64,000 nucleotides of DNA from positions 68,378 through 132,377 of the IMG/VR virus record IMGVR_UViG_3300045988_079139; one strand, written 5' to 3'. Shown one piece after another: positions 27,047 through 36,720 of the stretch. The position numbers and the translations under genes are program-made. The notes beneath the pieces are model-generated. The model saw nothing but the letters and a program-made list of their open reading frames with translations, had not been told where the DNA came from and searched no databases. How positions within the stretch are numbered: the first letter of the stretch is position 1; every line of letters starts with the position of its first letter. The DNA is from a virus.

Positions 27047-29641
27047 TTAGAGCTTCTTAGTGTAATCTAAGTGAATCCAGCCTGCGCCAGACTTCAATTT
27101 ACCCCAACCATTTTTCTCGCCAATAATGGTATAAACACCATTGCGCTTTACTTGGGTGTTAATTTTAAAGTTAGTACCAGCTCCTGCTCTTACATTCAAT
27201 ACATCAGTGTTAATTTGTACTAAATAAGGAGTAAAGCCAGGGTCAGCGACCGCAGTAGACCATGATACTACGCTATTGGCTTTTACAACACCGGTCACAG
27301 GACCGCTGGACTTAGTGGAAATAACATAATCGCCATTTTTGCGGATTTCTCTCAAATATAACTTTGCATTAAATACCCAAGAAGGAATAGTTCCTCCAGA
27401 AGCATATTTAACACCTGGAATTAGGCGTAATTCATCACCAACTGCAAATTTAGAAGGCTCAACAGGAGTAATCACACTTTGCTTAGGATATACAATTTCA
27501 CCCTTGCTGTTAAATACTTTATACTCTGCGCCGGCCTTGTCGCAAGCTACTTGAGCATTTTTTAGAGAGGTATATGCACCAGCTTGTGATTTTGCGTCTT
27601 CCCAAGACTTGCGGATTCTATACATTTCACTAATAGGAGCTTCTGGGGTTGTTGGCTGACTAGGTTGTTCAGGAGCTACAGTAGGAGTTTTATTTCCTAA
27701 TAGCTCAGCAACATCGTCTCTAACAGTAGCCATAGATTTACCATGTTTTGGGAACCAGTGATTTACGTCTCCATGGTTAGATCCCAATCCTAATTTATGA
27801 GAATCTGCATGGCACAAAATAGTAGGAACTTGCACGCCATTTACAGTTACAGTGCCATGAGGATCAATATCATACATATCACATAAATATGCAGTAAGTT
27901 CGCAAGCTTCTTTATATACCTTGTCAAAATATGTTTTATCAGTCAATCCATCTTCACAAATTTCAAACTGAATCCAACCATTATTACAAGAGCCCTTAGA
28001 CCCAGAACCACATCCCCAAGGCTTGTAATCCCAGGGCATAGTTTGAACAGTTGTTACAGTTCCATCGGCAAGCTTACCAATCCAACAGTTAAGTCCCGCC
28101 TGGTGACTAATATGATTCCAGTCGTTTTTATTATTATTAGTTCCTAATAATTTTAACATTTCTGCTCTGTCTGGAGCATTGTCGCTTGGCTGTACATAGC
28201 GTTTTAAAGTTGGGTTATTTGCCCCAGTAGAATGCCACAACACGCCTTTAACAGTCATTTTTGATGTACCCTTATAGCAGGTGCTTTGAGTTTGCATACA
28301 TACAAGGGGCTTATTAGATGCGCTATATTTCATTTTTCCGTTTCCTCCTTCGCTTGGAACAGAGGGCTTTGGACTCTCAGGCGCGGGAGTAGCCTTCGTT
28401 CCATAACTATCAAAATATTTTTGTCCATATTCAGCTCTTTTATTCTGAACGTTTACACTCTGGTCGGCTGGACGTTCAAATTTTAAAAGAACAGCATTAG
28501 ACGCTTCAAGAACAGTTTTTGCTGTTTGTAGAGTAGTCCAAACAGACTTGTAACTAGTTGACAATTGATAAGCCAAGAATTCCATTTGTGTTTCTAAATC
28601 ACCAATAGATTTTTTCTTATTCTTAAAATAATTTAGCATTTCTTGTTTTAAGCTCCAGTAAGTCCACTGAGCTAAGCCATAACCAGCCTTATCGTTTACG
28701 AAATTGGTATAAGTTCCTGCGTCTACTGCAGCAGTATATTCTGCGTCAGTCATGCCAAGAGACTTCTCATAAGTATTTTGTAAATTACAAGAACGCAAAC
28801 CAGATTCTGCATATAGGTTACCCATTAAACCAGCTACACCATAATCATTTAAGCCTTTAGACTTAAAATAATCCCACATTTTCTTAGGGTCGGCCGCTCT
28901 AGTATCGACCTTACTTGTGTCTGGTTTTACTTCTTCTTTTGGAGCTTCTTGAATAGTAGCTGAGTAAACTACCTCACCTTTTGAATTAAAAACATAATAA
29001 CCAGTTCCAGCTTTGTCACAAGCATTTTTAGCATTTTGTAACACAGTATATGCGCCAATTTGAGATTTTGCATCAGCCCAAGACTTGCGCACTCTATACA
29101 TTTCTTTAGTTACAGTTTCCACGGGTTTTTCCTCTTTCTTTTCTTCTTCCTTGAAAGTGCCACCAAAAGTTTTCACATTGCTTGCACCACCATCATACCA
29201 GAAGTATTTAGAGGTACGAGTATCAACATGAACGCCCCAGCTATAAACACCAATACCTAATATGCCGATATGCTCAGCATACTGAGCTACTTCAAGTGGA
29301 GTTACTCCACTAATTCTAATATCTGCGGCTTCTCCATCCATATGATTAGACTGAGATGCTCCACCTACACTAGCATTGTGAGTCTTACATCTATAACCGC
29401 TATTGATATTTACAGACTTACCAAAATGGTCTCGAATCTTTTGGAGATATTCGACCAACTTTTCGTCTACTTTAGTAGAAGAGCAGCATCCTGAGCCATG
29501 GCAATCAAACTCTGTTGATTTAAAATTGGTACTCAAGGTTACTGCTGTACCCTTTTTATAGGTTTTAATAGCCATTTTTTCTCTCCTTTCTAAAAATTGA
29601 TATGAAAAAACCCTAGTGGGAAAATCCACTAGGGTTAACAT
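27047..29641 (-). CDS. multidomain peptidoglycan hydrolase (M15 peptidase + lysozyme-like + amidase_2 + SH3b, with tandem ~50-aa repeats)
   Basis: N-terminal VanY/M15 motifs (INSGYRC..HN...SNHMDGEAADI), lysozyme-like GNLYAESGL...YGLAQWT, amidase_2-like GVLWHSTGANNP...CHADSH...NHGD...HW, and an SH3b-like C-terminus. Two copies of an EMYR(V/I)RKSW(A/E)DAKSQ.GAYT.L.NA..ACDKAG..Y.VFNSKGE(V/I)VY repeat. Confidence 0.85.
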   Translation of the reverse strand: MLTLVDFPTRVFSYQFLERREKMAIKTYKKGTAVTLSTNFKSTEFDCHGSGCCSSTKVDEKLVEYLQKIRDHFGKSVNINSGYRCKTHNASVGGASQSNHMDGEAADIRISGVTPLEVAQYAEHIGILGIGVYSWGVHVDTRTSKYFWYDGGASNVKTFGGTFKEEEKKEEKPVETVTKEMYRVRKSWADAKSQIGAYTVLQNAKNACDKAGTGYYVFNSKGEVVYSATIQEAPKEEVKPDTSKVDTRAADPKKMWDYFKSKGLNDYGVAGLMGNLYAESGLRSCNLQNTYEKSLGMTDAEYTAAVDAGTYTNFVNDKAGYGLAQWTYWSLKQEMLNYFKNKKKSIGDLETQMEFLAYQLSTSYKSVWTTLQTAKTVLEASNAVLLKFERPADQSVNVQNKRAEYGQKYFDSYGTKATPAPESPKPSVPSEGGNGKMKYSASNKPLVCMQTQSTCYKGTSKMTVKGVLWHSTGANNPTLKRYVQPSDNAPDRAEMLKLLGTNNNKNDWNHISHQAGLNCWIGKLADGTVTTVQTMPWDYKPWGCGSGSKGSCNNGWIQFEICEDGLTDKTYFDKVYKEACELTAYLCDMYDIDPHGTVTVNGVQVPTILCHADSHKLGLGSNHGDVNHWFPKHGKSMATVRDDVAELLGNKTPTVAPEQPSQPTTPEAPISEMYRIRKSWEDAKSQAGAYTSLKNAQVACDKAGAEYKVFNSKGEIVYPKQSVITPVEPSKFAVGDELRLIPGVKYASGGTIPSWVFNAKLYLREIRKNGDYVISTKSSGPVTGVVKANSVVSWSTAVADPGFTPYLVQINTDVLNVRAGAGTNFKINTQVKRNGVYTIIGEKNGWGKLKSGAGWIHLDYTKKL
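29605..29636 (-). terminator. intrinsic terminator hairpin
   Basis: aaaaaa ccctagtgg gaaaatc cactaggg, immediately after PhoH. Confidence 0.55.
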
Positions 29642-29649
29642 ATATTAAA

Positions 29650-30960
29650 TTACATTTTTTCTGCAATTTTTGCAATTCTAGAGCGATGAATGTTCTTCAA
29701 AGTGATTTCACCGTAGACATCTTCTCCTCTATATACTTGCGAGGCTCGTCTCATACCATTACTACTACCCGCAAAGTGGACATCATCCACCTGTGTCTTG
29801 CAGTCACCATCAATGATGCAGATACTATCTTCGCCAATACGTTGTAAAGTTAATTTCATTAACTCAACATCCATATTTTGTGCTTCTGAAATATAAATAC
29901 CAGCACACATACCAGAAGTATCGTAACCACGAATATCTGATAATGGTAATAAAACCAATTTTTCTTGCTGAATCATTTGTTCAACAGCAAGTCGTCCACC
30001 AAATTTACTAATTAAAAGATTACCGATTTGAGAGTCTAAAAGCTTTTCGTCTCTGGTACCAGGATAGTATCCCAACTTAGCGGAATTCTTGGTGGCAACA
30101 GTATTACAGAACACAATAATTCTATCAATTTTATTTCTTTCCAGCTTATGCATCAAGAAGGCTAGGCTCAAGAAGGTTTTACCGGAGCCCGCAGGTCCTT
30201 TAATCAAGGTAATCTTGTTATTCATTAAGCTATCTGCCGCAAGTGATTGATAAATATCGCCCTTCATAGGCTTTACATCACCGAACCAGCGAGAATTAAA
30301 ATTATTATAACTCAAATGTCTATATCCTTCACCAGTCCAGCATAGGCGGTCCACGCATTCGCCATCAGTATTATGTACCAACAAGTATTCATTAATATGT
30401 AGGTCATATAGATTGGCTTCTGGATTAGAATAAAATTCAGTCATTCCATCTTCATCCAAAAATACTTCTTTGTAACCATCATAATCATATTCCTCCTCAA
30501 CAACTTTTTCAGTTGTGAAATACATACTTGCGATATGACGGCAGATTAAGTCATTAGTTACAAAAATAACTTCATCTTCTGGATGTGTGGCTGCGAAATG
30601 ACGAGCGCAAGCGATGATTTTGGCGTCGTTAGTTAGGCTGATACCATCTTTAAGCATTTTCTCGCCATATAGGTCATTGTAAAGAACAATTTCAAATGAG
30701 CCATAGTGTTCGTCAAGGTCTGTTAGAACTTTGCGGGCCGCAAACTTTACGTCAGCGTCTTTGTTTCCAGAGGTTTTAATATTCTCCAATTCTTCTAAAG
30801 TAATAGAAGCAATAACCAAGGAATATTCATCTGTCTCAAATAAATGTCCTGCTTGCTCTAATAGACTACAAGTGTCATAGCATTTAAACTTCATCTTCTT
30901 CATACTCCTCTTCTTCGTCGGGCACGCGGAATCCGATTGGTCTACGAGGAGGGTCTTCAT
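29650..30960 (-). CDS. phoH: PhoH-like ATPase with N-terminal PIN domain (true start probably the internal MKKMKFKCYDTC)
   Basis: PIN-like KCYDTCSLL...ITLEELENIK and PhoH Walker A LIKGPAGSGKTFL. Confidence 0.8.
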   Translation of the reverse strand: MKTLLVDQSDSACPTKKRSMKKMKFKCYDTCSLLEQAGHLFETDEYSLVIASITLEELENIKTSGNKDADVKFAARKVLTDLDEHYGSFEIVLYNDLYGEKMLKDGISLTNDAKIIACARHFAATHPEDEVIFVTNDLICRHIASMYFTTEKVVEEEYDYDGYKEVFLDEDGMTEFYSNPEANLYDLHINEYLLVHNTDGECVDRLCWTGEGYRHLSYNNFNSRWFGDVKPMKGDIYQSLAADSLMNNKITLIKGPAGSGKTFLSLAFLMHKLERNKIDRIIVFCNTVATKNSAKLGYYPGTRDEKLLDSQIGNLLISKFGGRLAVEQMIQQEKLVLLPLSDIRGYDTSGMCAGIYISEAQNMDVELMKLTLQRIGEDSICIIDGDCKTQVDDVHFAGSSNGMRRASQVYRGEDVYGEITLKNIHRSRIAKIAEKM

Positions 30961-31172
30961 CCGCAGAGGCAGCTGCCTAACGCATTTTAATATTAGTTTG
31001 GTTTATAACCTCACTTTGTTTGGCTTTCTTAGCTTCAACCCATGTTAAGAACCATGATGAAATTCCATCCAGTAGCGGAATAACATAAGTGACGAAAAGA
31101 ATACCAAGGATAAAATATAATAACTCCATGTATATCTCCTCCCTACCAATTATAAGAATTAGGGATTATGAA

Positions 31173-31595
31173 TTACTGACTTTTGGCCCTCAATCTTTTA
31201 TACATTTTATCTTTGCCGTCAATATAATCTTTAATGAACTTTTGTTCGTCAGCTATAGCGTTGTTAATTGTAGCTAATTCTTTTTCAATCGTGCGAATCT
31301 GACTACGCAACATTTTTGCTTCGTAAGAAATTGGATTATAAGACTTACTAGTCTTCATATTGGATAATAAATGATTTAGAATTTTGAGTTGAGGTTTAAC
31401 CTCACAGTCGCGCATATGGCGCAATACTTTAATATTAGCACGAGCTTCTGCAATAGTTAGGCCGACTCGCTCACTTTCAAAATCTATGTCGTCAGGGTGG
31501 CAAACTGCCTCACCTACAAAACGATAGCCATTATAAGTAATAATATATACAGCAAAACCATCTGCATAATTATATTCAGTATTTTCTTTAAGCAT
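31173..31595 (-). CDS. hypothetical protein
   Basis: 140-aa ORF. Confidence 0.45.
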   Translation of the reverse strand: MLKENTEYNYADGFAVYIITYNGYRFVGEAVCHPDDIDFESERVGLTIAEARANIKVLRHMRDCEVKPQLKILNHLLSNMKTSKSYNPISYEAKMLRSQIRTIEKELATINNAIADEQKFIKDYIDGKDKMYKRLRAKSQ

Positions 31596-31730
31596 AGGAT
31601 TAAATCCTCCTTTATAAATTATAATAAATTATACCCAAAAAATATGGAAAAGTCAATTAGTGGCATTTTGGAGAAAAAATTACTATAGGCGTTCGGAATT
31701 CCAAACTCGGAGCCGAACGAGAACCACGAC

Positions 31731-31762
31731 AAATAGCCCCAGGGATTTTACTCCCTGGGGCT
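31731..31762 (-). terminator. intrinsic terminator hairpin
   Basis: ccccagggattttactccctgggg, after the flotillin gene. Confidence 0.55.
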
Positions 31763-31776
31763 GAGTTATTTATTTA

Positions 31777-33285
31777 TTACTGGTTGTCGGCCAGCTTGGC
31801 ACCAAGCATACCACTGATGATAGACATGGGGTCTACACCAGTTGCACCACGGAAGCCTTCGATAATCTGGGTCATGTTACCCATCATGTTGCCAGCCAGC
31901 TGACCGGAATCGTTACCAATCAGGTGGATGTCAGCACCGGCGTAGCCCTTACCGATAGCCTCAGCGATTGCAGGCAGCTGCTCATACAGCACCTTAACCG
32001 CATCCAGTTCCATCTGCTGCTTAGCAGCGTCGCCGTACTGCTTCAAAGCTTCAGCCTTTTCCAGCATACCCTTTGCCTCAGCCTCAGCCTTAGCACGGAT
32101 AGCCTCTGCTTCCGCCAGACCCTTAGCCTGTTCAGCAGCAGCTTCTGCTTCACCCTGAGCCTTGATAGCGGCAGCCAGTGCCTTCTTAGCTTCTGCCTCA
32201 GCAGTAGCCAGAGCCAGGTCGGCCGCAGCCTTCTTTTCAGCCTCGATGCGAGCAGCTTCAGCCAGCTTCTCACGCTCATACAGGTCGGCTTCCGCAGCCT
32301 TCTGAGCAGCATATGCCTTAGCATCAGCAACCTGCTGAGCAGCATACTTGTCGGCGTCAGCCTTCTTCTTAATCTCAGCTTCCAGCTTACGCTCAGTGAT
32401 AGCAACCTCGCGCTCCTTCAGCTCGATTTCCTTCTCCTGGCGAGCCAGGTTTGCGTTTGCCACAGCGATTTCGTGCTCCTTACGCTGGTGCTCAGCCTCG
32501 ATAGCCTTAGCAGCGTCAGCCTTTGCCTGAGCGGTGTCAGCCTGCTCCTGCATAGCTGCCTTTTCGACAGCAAACTCGGTCTGCTTCTTAGCAATCTCAG
32601 TAGCAGCCTTGACCTTTGCGTCGTTAGCTGCCTTGTCGTTCTCAGCCTCGGCAACGGCAATCTCACGCTGAGCATTGGACTTCGCAATGGCAGCGCCCTT
32701 ACGAATCTGCTCGACGTTGTCGATACCTAGGTTGTCGATTACGCCACCTTCATCAGAGAAGTTCTGAACATTGAAGGAAACCAGCTCCAGACCAAACTTA
32801 GCCAGGTCAGGAACGACGTTTGCCTGAACCTTATCAGAGAAAGCCTTACGGTCAGAAACCATTTCAGTCAGCTTCATCTGACCAACGATTTCACGCACAT
32901 TACCTTCCAGAAGGTCATTAATCTTGGCACCAATGGTATCACGATTGATGTTCAGGAAGTTCTGAGCGGCAAGAGCAATCATTTCATCGGAACGACCAAC
33001 GCGGACAGCAACAGTAGAGTCAACACGAACGTTGATGTACTCGGCGGTAGGAACAGCAGTCTTGGTCTTTACGTCAATCTGAATCGCACCAAGGGACAGC
33101 TTATCAAGACGCTCAAAGAAAGGAATCTTGATGCCGGCCTGGCCAATCAGGATACGGGGCTTCTTGCGGACACCGGAAATGATATAAGCCATATCAGGGG
33201 GTGCCTTGGTATAACCAGAAGCAAGCAGGATAATGACTGCCAGAGCAATCAGTGCGGGAACAATCAAACCAACCAAATTAATCAT
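31777..33285 (-). CDS. flotillin-like SPFH/band-7 protein (FloT/YuaG-like)
   Basis: N-terminal TM helix, SPFH core, then a ~250-aa Ala/Glu/Lys-rich coiled coil. Architecture matches Bacillus FloT (~500 aa). Confidence 0.8.
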   Translation of the reverse strand: MINLVGLIVPALIALAVIILLASGYTKAPPDMAYIISGVRKKPRILIGQAGIKIPFFERLDKLSLGAIQIDVKTKTAVPTAEYINVRVDSTVAVRVGRSDEMIALAAQNFLNINRDTIGAKINDLLEGNVREIVGQMKLTEMVSDRKAFSDKVQANVVPDLAKFGLELVSFNVQNFSDEGGVIDNLGIDNVEQIRKGAAIAKSNAQREIAVAEAENDKAANDAKVKAATEIAKKQTEFAVEKAAMQEQADTAQAKADAAKAIEAEHQRKEHEIAVANANLARQEKEIELKEREVAITERKLEAEIKKKADADKYAAQQVADAKAYAAQKAAEADLYEREKLAEAARIEAEKKAAADLALATAEAEAKKALAAAIKAQGEAEAAAEQAKGLAEAEAIRAKAEAEAKGMLEKAEALKQYGDAAKQQMELDAVKVLYEQLPAIAEAIGKGYAGADIHLIGNDSGQLAGNMMGNMTQIIEGFRGATGVDPMSIISGMLGAKLADNQ

Positions 33286-33334
33286 TGTTGTTTCTCCTTT
33301 TACTCAATTATATTCTTTTTTCAATGTACATATA

Positions 33335-33604
33335 TTAGCAGTGCCATTCGCACTTAACTAACCAAAAGATTTTTCTACCTTCGCGGTAGCGGACTGCATG
33401 GTCATCATACCAACCATTGTCCATTTTTTCAATTGCGGCGATTGCTTCGTCGCGGGTCTTATATACGGGTTCCCTATGGAACTTCAAATTGCCATGATAT
33501 CCACTTGTTTCTTGTGGGTCATAGGCAAAGCTATTCAAGTCTTTGAGAATAGCTTTTTCACTCGTTGAACAGTGGTAATCCAAATGTCTAATAGCGTGTG
33601 ACAT
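33335..33604 (-). CDS. hypothetical protein
   Basis: 89-aa ORF. Confidence 0.45.
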   Translation of the reverse strand: MSHAIRHLDYHCSTSEKAILKDLNSFAYDPQETSGYHGNLKFHREPVYKTRDEAIAAIEKMDNGWYDDHAVRYREGRKIFWLVKCEWHC

Positions 33605-33657
33605 TCTGAGTCTCCTTTCTGTTGAGGCTCAGTTTGCTCAACCGTATTTTCTTGAAC

Positions 33658-34221
33658 CTATAGCATATCCAAGCACTTCTGGGTTTCTGCTTTCATCATT
33701 TCGATAGCATCATCCAGAAGCACGGGAGCACAGCCGTTGGAATCCATACCAACATGGAACATATAAGGCATATCCTGGAAGAAGTGAGTCTGCTGGTGAG
33801 TATGACCATACAGATTAATCAAATGCATACGCAGGTAAGGAGCCTTTTCCAAATTTGAAGTCAAAGTGGGATGATGACTCAGATAGAAGTTGTACTTCTT
33901 ATATTTCAGAGTAATCGCCATAGGAAGGACTTCAACATTTTCGAGCTGCTTATACAACTCAATTCTCTTGTCAGTGTCATGATTACCAGGAATAATCTTG
34001 ATATGACCATTCAGCTGGCGCAGACACTCAAGACCATGCTCATTGTCATTGAGCATTACGTCGCCCAAGTGGTACACAACATCATCGGGACCAACTACAG
34101 AGTTCCAATTTGCAATTACTGCGGCATCATGCTCCTGAATAGAAGTGAAGCCACGAGGAGAGAAGAGAAACTCTCGGTCATGTCCGAAGTGAGTGTCACT
34201 GGTAACGAAGATTCTACTCAT
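33658..34221 (-). CDS. calcineurin-like metallophosphoesterase (ends at a TAG codon)
   Basis: Motifs DTHFGH, GDVMLN, GNHD, GHTH. The terminal codon is TAG; read-through would add about 40 residues. Confidence 0.75.
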   Translation of the reverse strand: MSRIFVTSDTHFGHDREFLFSPRGFTSIQEHDAAVIANWNSVVGPDDVVYHLGDVMLNDNEHGLECLRQLNGHIKIIPGNHDTDKRIELYKQLENVEVLPMAITLKYKKYNFYLSHHPTLTSNLEKAPYLRMHLINLYGHTHQQTHFFQDMPYMFHVGMDSNGCAPVLLDDAIEMMKAETQKCLDML

Positions 34222-34784
34222 ACATTTACCTCCTTTGTGACACCCTCTGCATCAACCACATAGACGTGGGTGAAACCCTCGTCCGCAGTGGGATAAGCAT
34301 AGGACTTAAACATATTATCAATCGCACTCACGGGAACTCTTGCTCGACCGGAGCGGAGTGAATTTCTTGCCTGGCAAAGCTCAACCGGAGTGCTGAAGCA
34401 CACACAGTTAAGTTCACCGATGTTTGTTTTCTTGACTCGATTAAGAGTCTTGTTACGAGAACGCTTATTCAAATGAGTAGCGTCAATGTAGATGGAATGA
34501 ATTTCATCTCTCTCAAGAGTCTGATTGATGTAATTGATGAAAGTGTCGAATACTTCATCTTCGTGAGAGAAGTAATCTTCATCTTCGCTTACAATCGCAA
34601 ATCGCACATTGTCTCGAGAAATCCATTCAGAACCAGGTGTCAGATGCGCTCTAATCCACGTGGACTTACCCGACGCAGGAGGCCCCGACAAAAGATAAAC
34701 TTTCTTTGGCTTCATCCTTATACACCCCATTAGCAAAATTTTCACGAAACTCTTCAACTTCGTCGAATGTCTTGCACTCAACAT
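34218..34784 (-). CDS. P-loop kinase (polynucleotide kinase / AAA_33-like); start probably the internal MKPKKVYLLSG
   Basis: Walker A LLSGPPASGKSTW followed by a kinase-like fold. Confidence 0.6.
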   Translation of the reverse strand: MLSARHSTKLKSFVKILLMGCIRMKPKKVYLLSGPPASGKSTWIRAHLTPGSEWISRDNVRFAIVSEDEDYFSHEDEVFDTFINYINQTLERDEIHSIYIDATHLNKRSRNKTLNRVKKTNIGELNCVCFSTPVELCQARNSLRSGRARVPVSAIDNMFKSYAYPTADEGFTHVYVVDAEGVTKEVNV

Positions 34785-34932
34785 GATTTACTTCGCACTT
34801 GCAATGAACACAGTAGAGTTTCTTTCGGTGCATCCCCTGATGCTTAAAACCTTGTTTACGCATCAAGGGGATGCCCTTATTACCGCAGTTAATACAGTAA
34901 AAACTGTGTTCAGCATAGGCCTTGCGGGCCAT
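34666..34932 (-). CDS. small zinc-ribbon protein
   Basis: CINCGN...CVHCKC. Confidence 0.4.
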   Translation of the reverse strand: MARKAYAEHSFYCINCGNKGIPLMRKQGFKHQGMHRKKLYCVHCKCEVNHVECKTFDEVEEFRENFANGVYKDEAKESLSFVGASCVG

Positions 34933-35168
34933 TAGGACTTACTCCTTACGGTCACAGTGCGACCAAACAGAATGTGGCACAGCCACTGCAGACCAAATGC
35001 AGTCCAGTAGCCAATAACAGGAGCGCCGAACAGGTCAACCGCAATCCAGTTCCACAGCCACATAGTAATGGCAGGACCCAGGAACAGAAGACCAATCAGA
35101 AGCAGCACAATCAAAATCGCAGCGCCACAACCAATTTCATCATGACTCGACCAAGAATATCTACTCAT
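34932..35168 (-). CDS. small membrane protein (2 TM)
   Basis: Two hydrophobic helices; consensus promoter upstream (35203-35231). Confidence 0.5.
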   Translation of the reverse strand: MSRYSWSSHDEIGCGAAILIVLLLIGLLFLGPAITMWLWNWIAVDLFGAPVIGYWTAFGLQWLCHILFGRTVTVRSKS

Positions 35169-35202
35169 TTTTATCTCATTCCTTTCTTTACCTTACATAT
35201 AT

Positions 35203-35231
35203 ATTATATCATATTTTTTATAAAAAATCAA
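35203..35231 (-). promoter_or_regulatory. consensus cassette promoter TTGATT-N17-TG.TATAAT
   Basis: Forward ttacatatatattatatcatattttttataaaaaatcaa. Confidence 0.6.
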
Positions 35232-35948
35232 TTAAGTCATATAAGGGTCAGAACAAAAGACTTCTTCATCCCAAGTGTCCAAGTTCAACAGAACGCAGTA
35301 ACCAGTAAACACCGCGCCGCAATCAATGCAGCATTTTCTGCCCCCAGCATACCAGAGTGCGCCAGGCTCAATCTCACCCATTTGGCAAGCAGGGTCAATT
35401 TCATCCAGAAGATATGGGATAGGAGTGTGACCGTGGACAACAATTGCCTTCTGGAATTTTTCGTGAGTAGACCATTCATCAAGGAAATGATCTCTACTCC
35501 AAATCAAATCTTCGCCCCAAACCCAAGTCACTTCACCGTCTACATTAATATCGGGAGTGAAACCCGCATGGGATAGATATACATCTTCGCCTTGAACGTT
35601 GGTATAAAGAGCTTTGTCCGGCAAATCTCTCAGACGAGCACGCCACTCGGCCCAATTTGGCTCTTCCATAGCCTGATGATAAGTGTCCTTACCACCGTTA
35701 CTACGAAGCAGGTTATACTGACGACCATATCCTCTACCCATTGCATCAACAAGCATATCTTCGTGGTTGCCCTTAATGTAAATGAACTGAGGGTCATCCA
35801 TAATTGTTTTGATACATTCCCAAGGATGCGGGCCGCGATCACCGGCGTCACCAAGGAAGTATACAATATCTTCGGGCTTCAAAATATCTTTGATAGCCTT
35901 GTAAAAATGCAACATACCATGCAGGTCGCTGCAAGCATATACAGCCAT
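35232..35948 (-). CDS. PPP-family Ser/Thr protein phosphatase-like metallophosphatase
   Basis: DLHG, GDAGDRGP, GNHE and HGHT motifs. Confidence 0.75.
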   Translation of the reverse strand: MAVYACSDLHGMLHFYKAIKDILKPEDIVYFLGDAGDRGPHPWECIKTIMDDPQFIYIKGNHEDMLVDAMGRGYGRQYNLLRSNGGKDTYHQAMEEPNWAEWRARLRDLPDKALYTNVQGEDVYLSHAGFTPDINVDGEVTWVWGEDLIWSRDHFLDEWSTHEKFQKAIVVHGHTPIPYLLDEIDPACQMGEIEPGALWYAGGRKCCIDCGAVFTGYCVLLNLDTWDEEVFCSDPYMT

Positions 35949-35949
35949 T

Positions 35950-36117
35950 ACTTTACCTCCTTACTAGGGACAAGGATAAACATATAATGGGTAAATCCGA
36001 TTTCCTTGAAAGCCTCGTGAACTTCATCATAGTCTTTAGCAAACAAACCGGGTGTAATAGGATTTTTTTCAATCTTCCCGTCTTTCTCTTGGAAGATGAA
36101 TCCTTTGATTTCATACA
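35950..36117 (-). CDS. small hypothetical protein (55 aa), translationally coupled to the phosphatase gene
   Basis: Hand translation MYEIKGFIFQEKDGKIEKNPITPG...FILVPSKEVK ends in TAATG, overlapping the phosphatase start codon. An AAGGAGG ribosome-binding site lies inside its 3' end. Confidence 0.3.
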
Positions 36118-36153
36118 TATTTATCAATTCCTTTTCTTTAACTTTATATATAT

Positions 36154-36182
36154 ATTATAACATATTTTTTAATAAAAATCAA
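36154..36182 (-). promoter_or_regulatory. consensus cassette promoter
   Basis: Forward attata 36154-36159, aatcaa 36177-36182. Confidence 0.6.
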
Positions 36183-36206
36183 AGAGGAAGCATTACGCTT
36201 CCTCTA
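36183..36206 (-). terminator. intrinsic terminator hairpin
   Basis: gaggaagc atta cgcttcctc. Confidence 0.5.
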
Positions 36207-36720
36207 AGATATGGAGAATGTCATCAACAATAGCATCATAGCCAGTTACATCGCCAGTTGAAATCGTGTAAGGAAGCTGCTCATTGTTGAGCAATTCCAG
36301 AATTTCATCGGCAATTTTATCAGACTCTTCCTCAGTTTGGAAGCGTCCTATCGGATTATATTCTTTAGTGCGAACTAGGAAATAATTTTTGCAATTATAA
36401 CTATTCATTACCTTGCGGACGACATTATTAAAATCTTCACCCAAAACCGGGTCGTTGTTATAAACCAAAGATAGAAGCAAGGGAGAGTCGGTAATAACAA
36501 CATCAACCTTGTCAGCACAGCGACTAATACGGAAATACTGCTTGCCAAAGATGTAAGCCTGATTGTTGAAAACGGCTTTGCTCTCTTCCCATACCTTATC
36601 TTTAGCGAATTCAGTTACCAACTCTGCGTTAATACCTCGCATTTTAAGTTGGCTGAAAATATATGCGGCACCAGTGGATTTACCAGTGCCAGGGGAACCG
36701 AACAAATTAACTAAAATCAT
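36193..36720 (-). CDS. P-loop ATPase, NadR-like ribosylnicotinamide kinase / AAA_28 candidate
   Basis: Walker A LFGSPGTGKSTGAAY. A small kinase-like protein sitting in the NAD cluster. Confidence 0.4.
   Translation of the reverse strand: MILVNLFGSPGTGKSTGAAYIFSQLKMRGINAELVTEFAKDKVWEESKAVFNNQAYIFGKQYFRISRCADKVDVVITDSPLLLSLVYNNDPVLGEDFNNVVRKVMNSYNCKNYFLVRTKEYNPIGRFQTEEESDKIADEILELLNNEQLPYTISTGDVTGYDAIVDDILHILEEA

Noticed and set aside
31924-32730. 268-aa plus-strand ORF and the minus-strand ORFs 32043..32405 and 32418..32687.
   Set aside because: Alternative frames of the Ala/Glu/Lys-rich coiled-coil region of the flotillin gene; the repetitive GC-rich codons keep several frames open.
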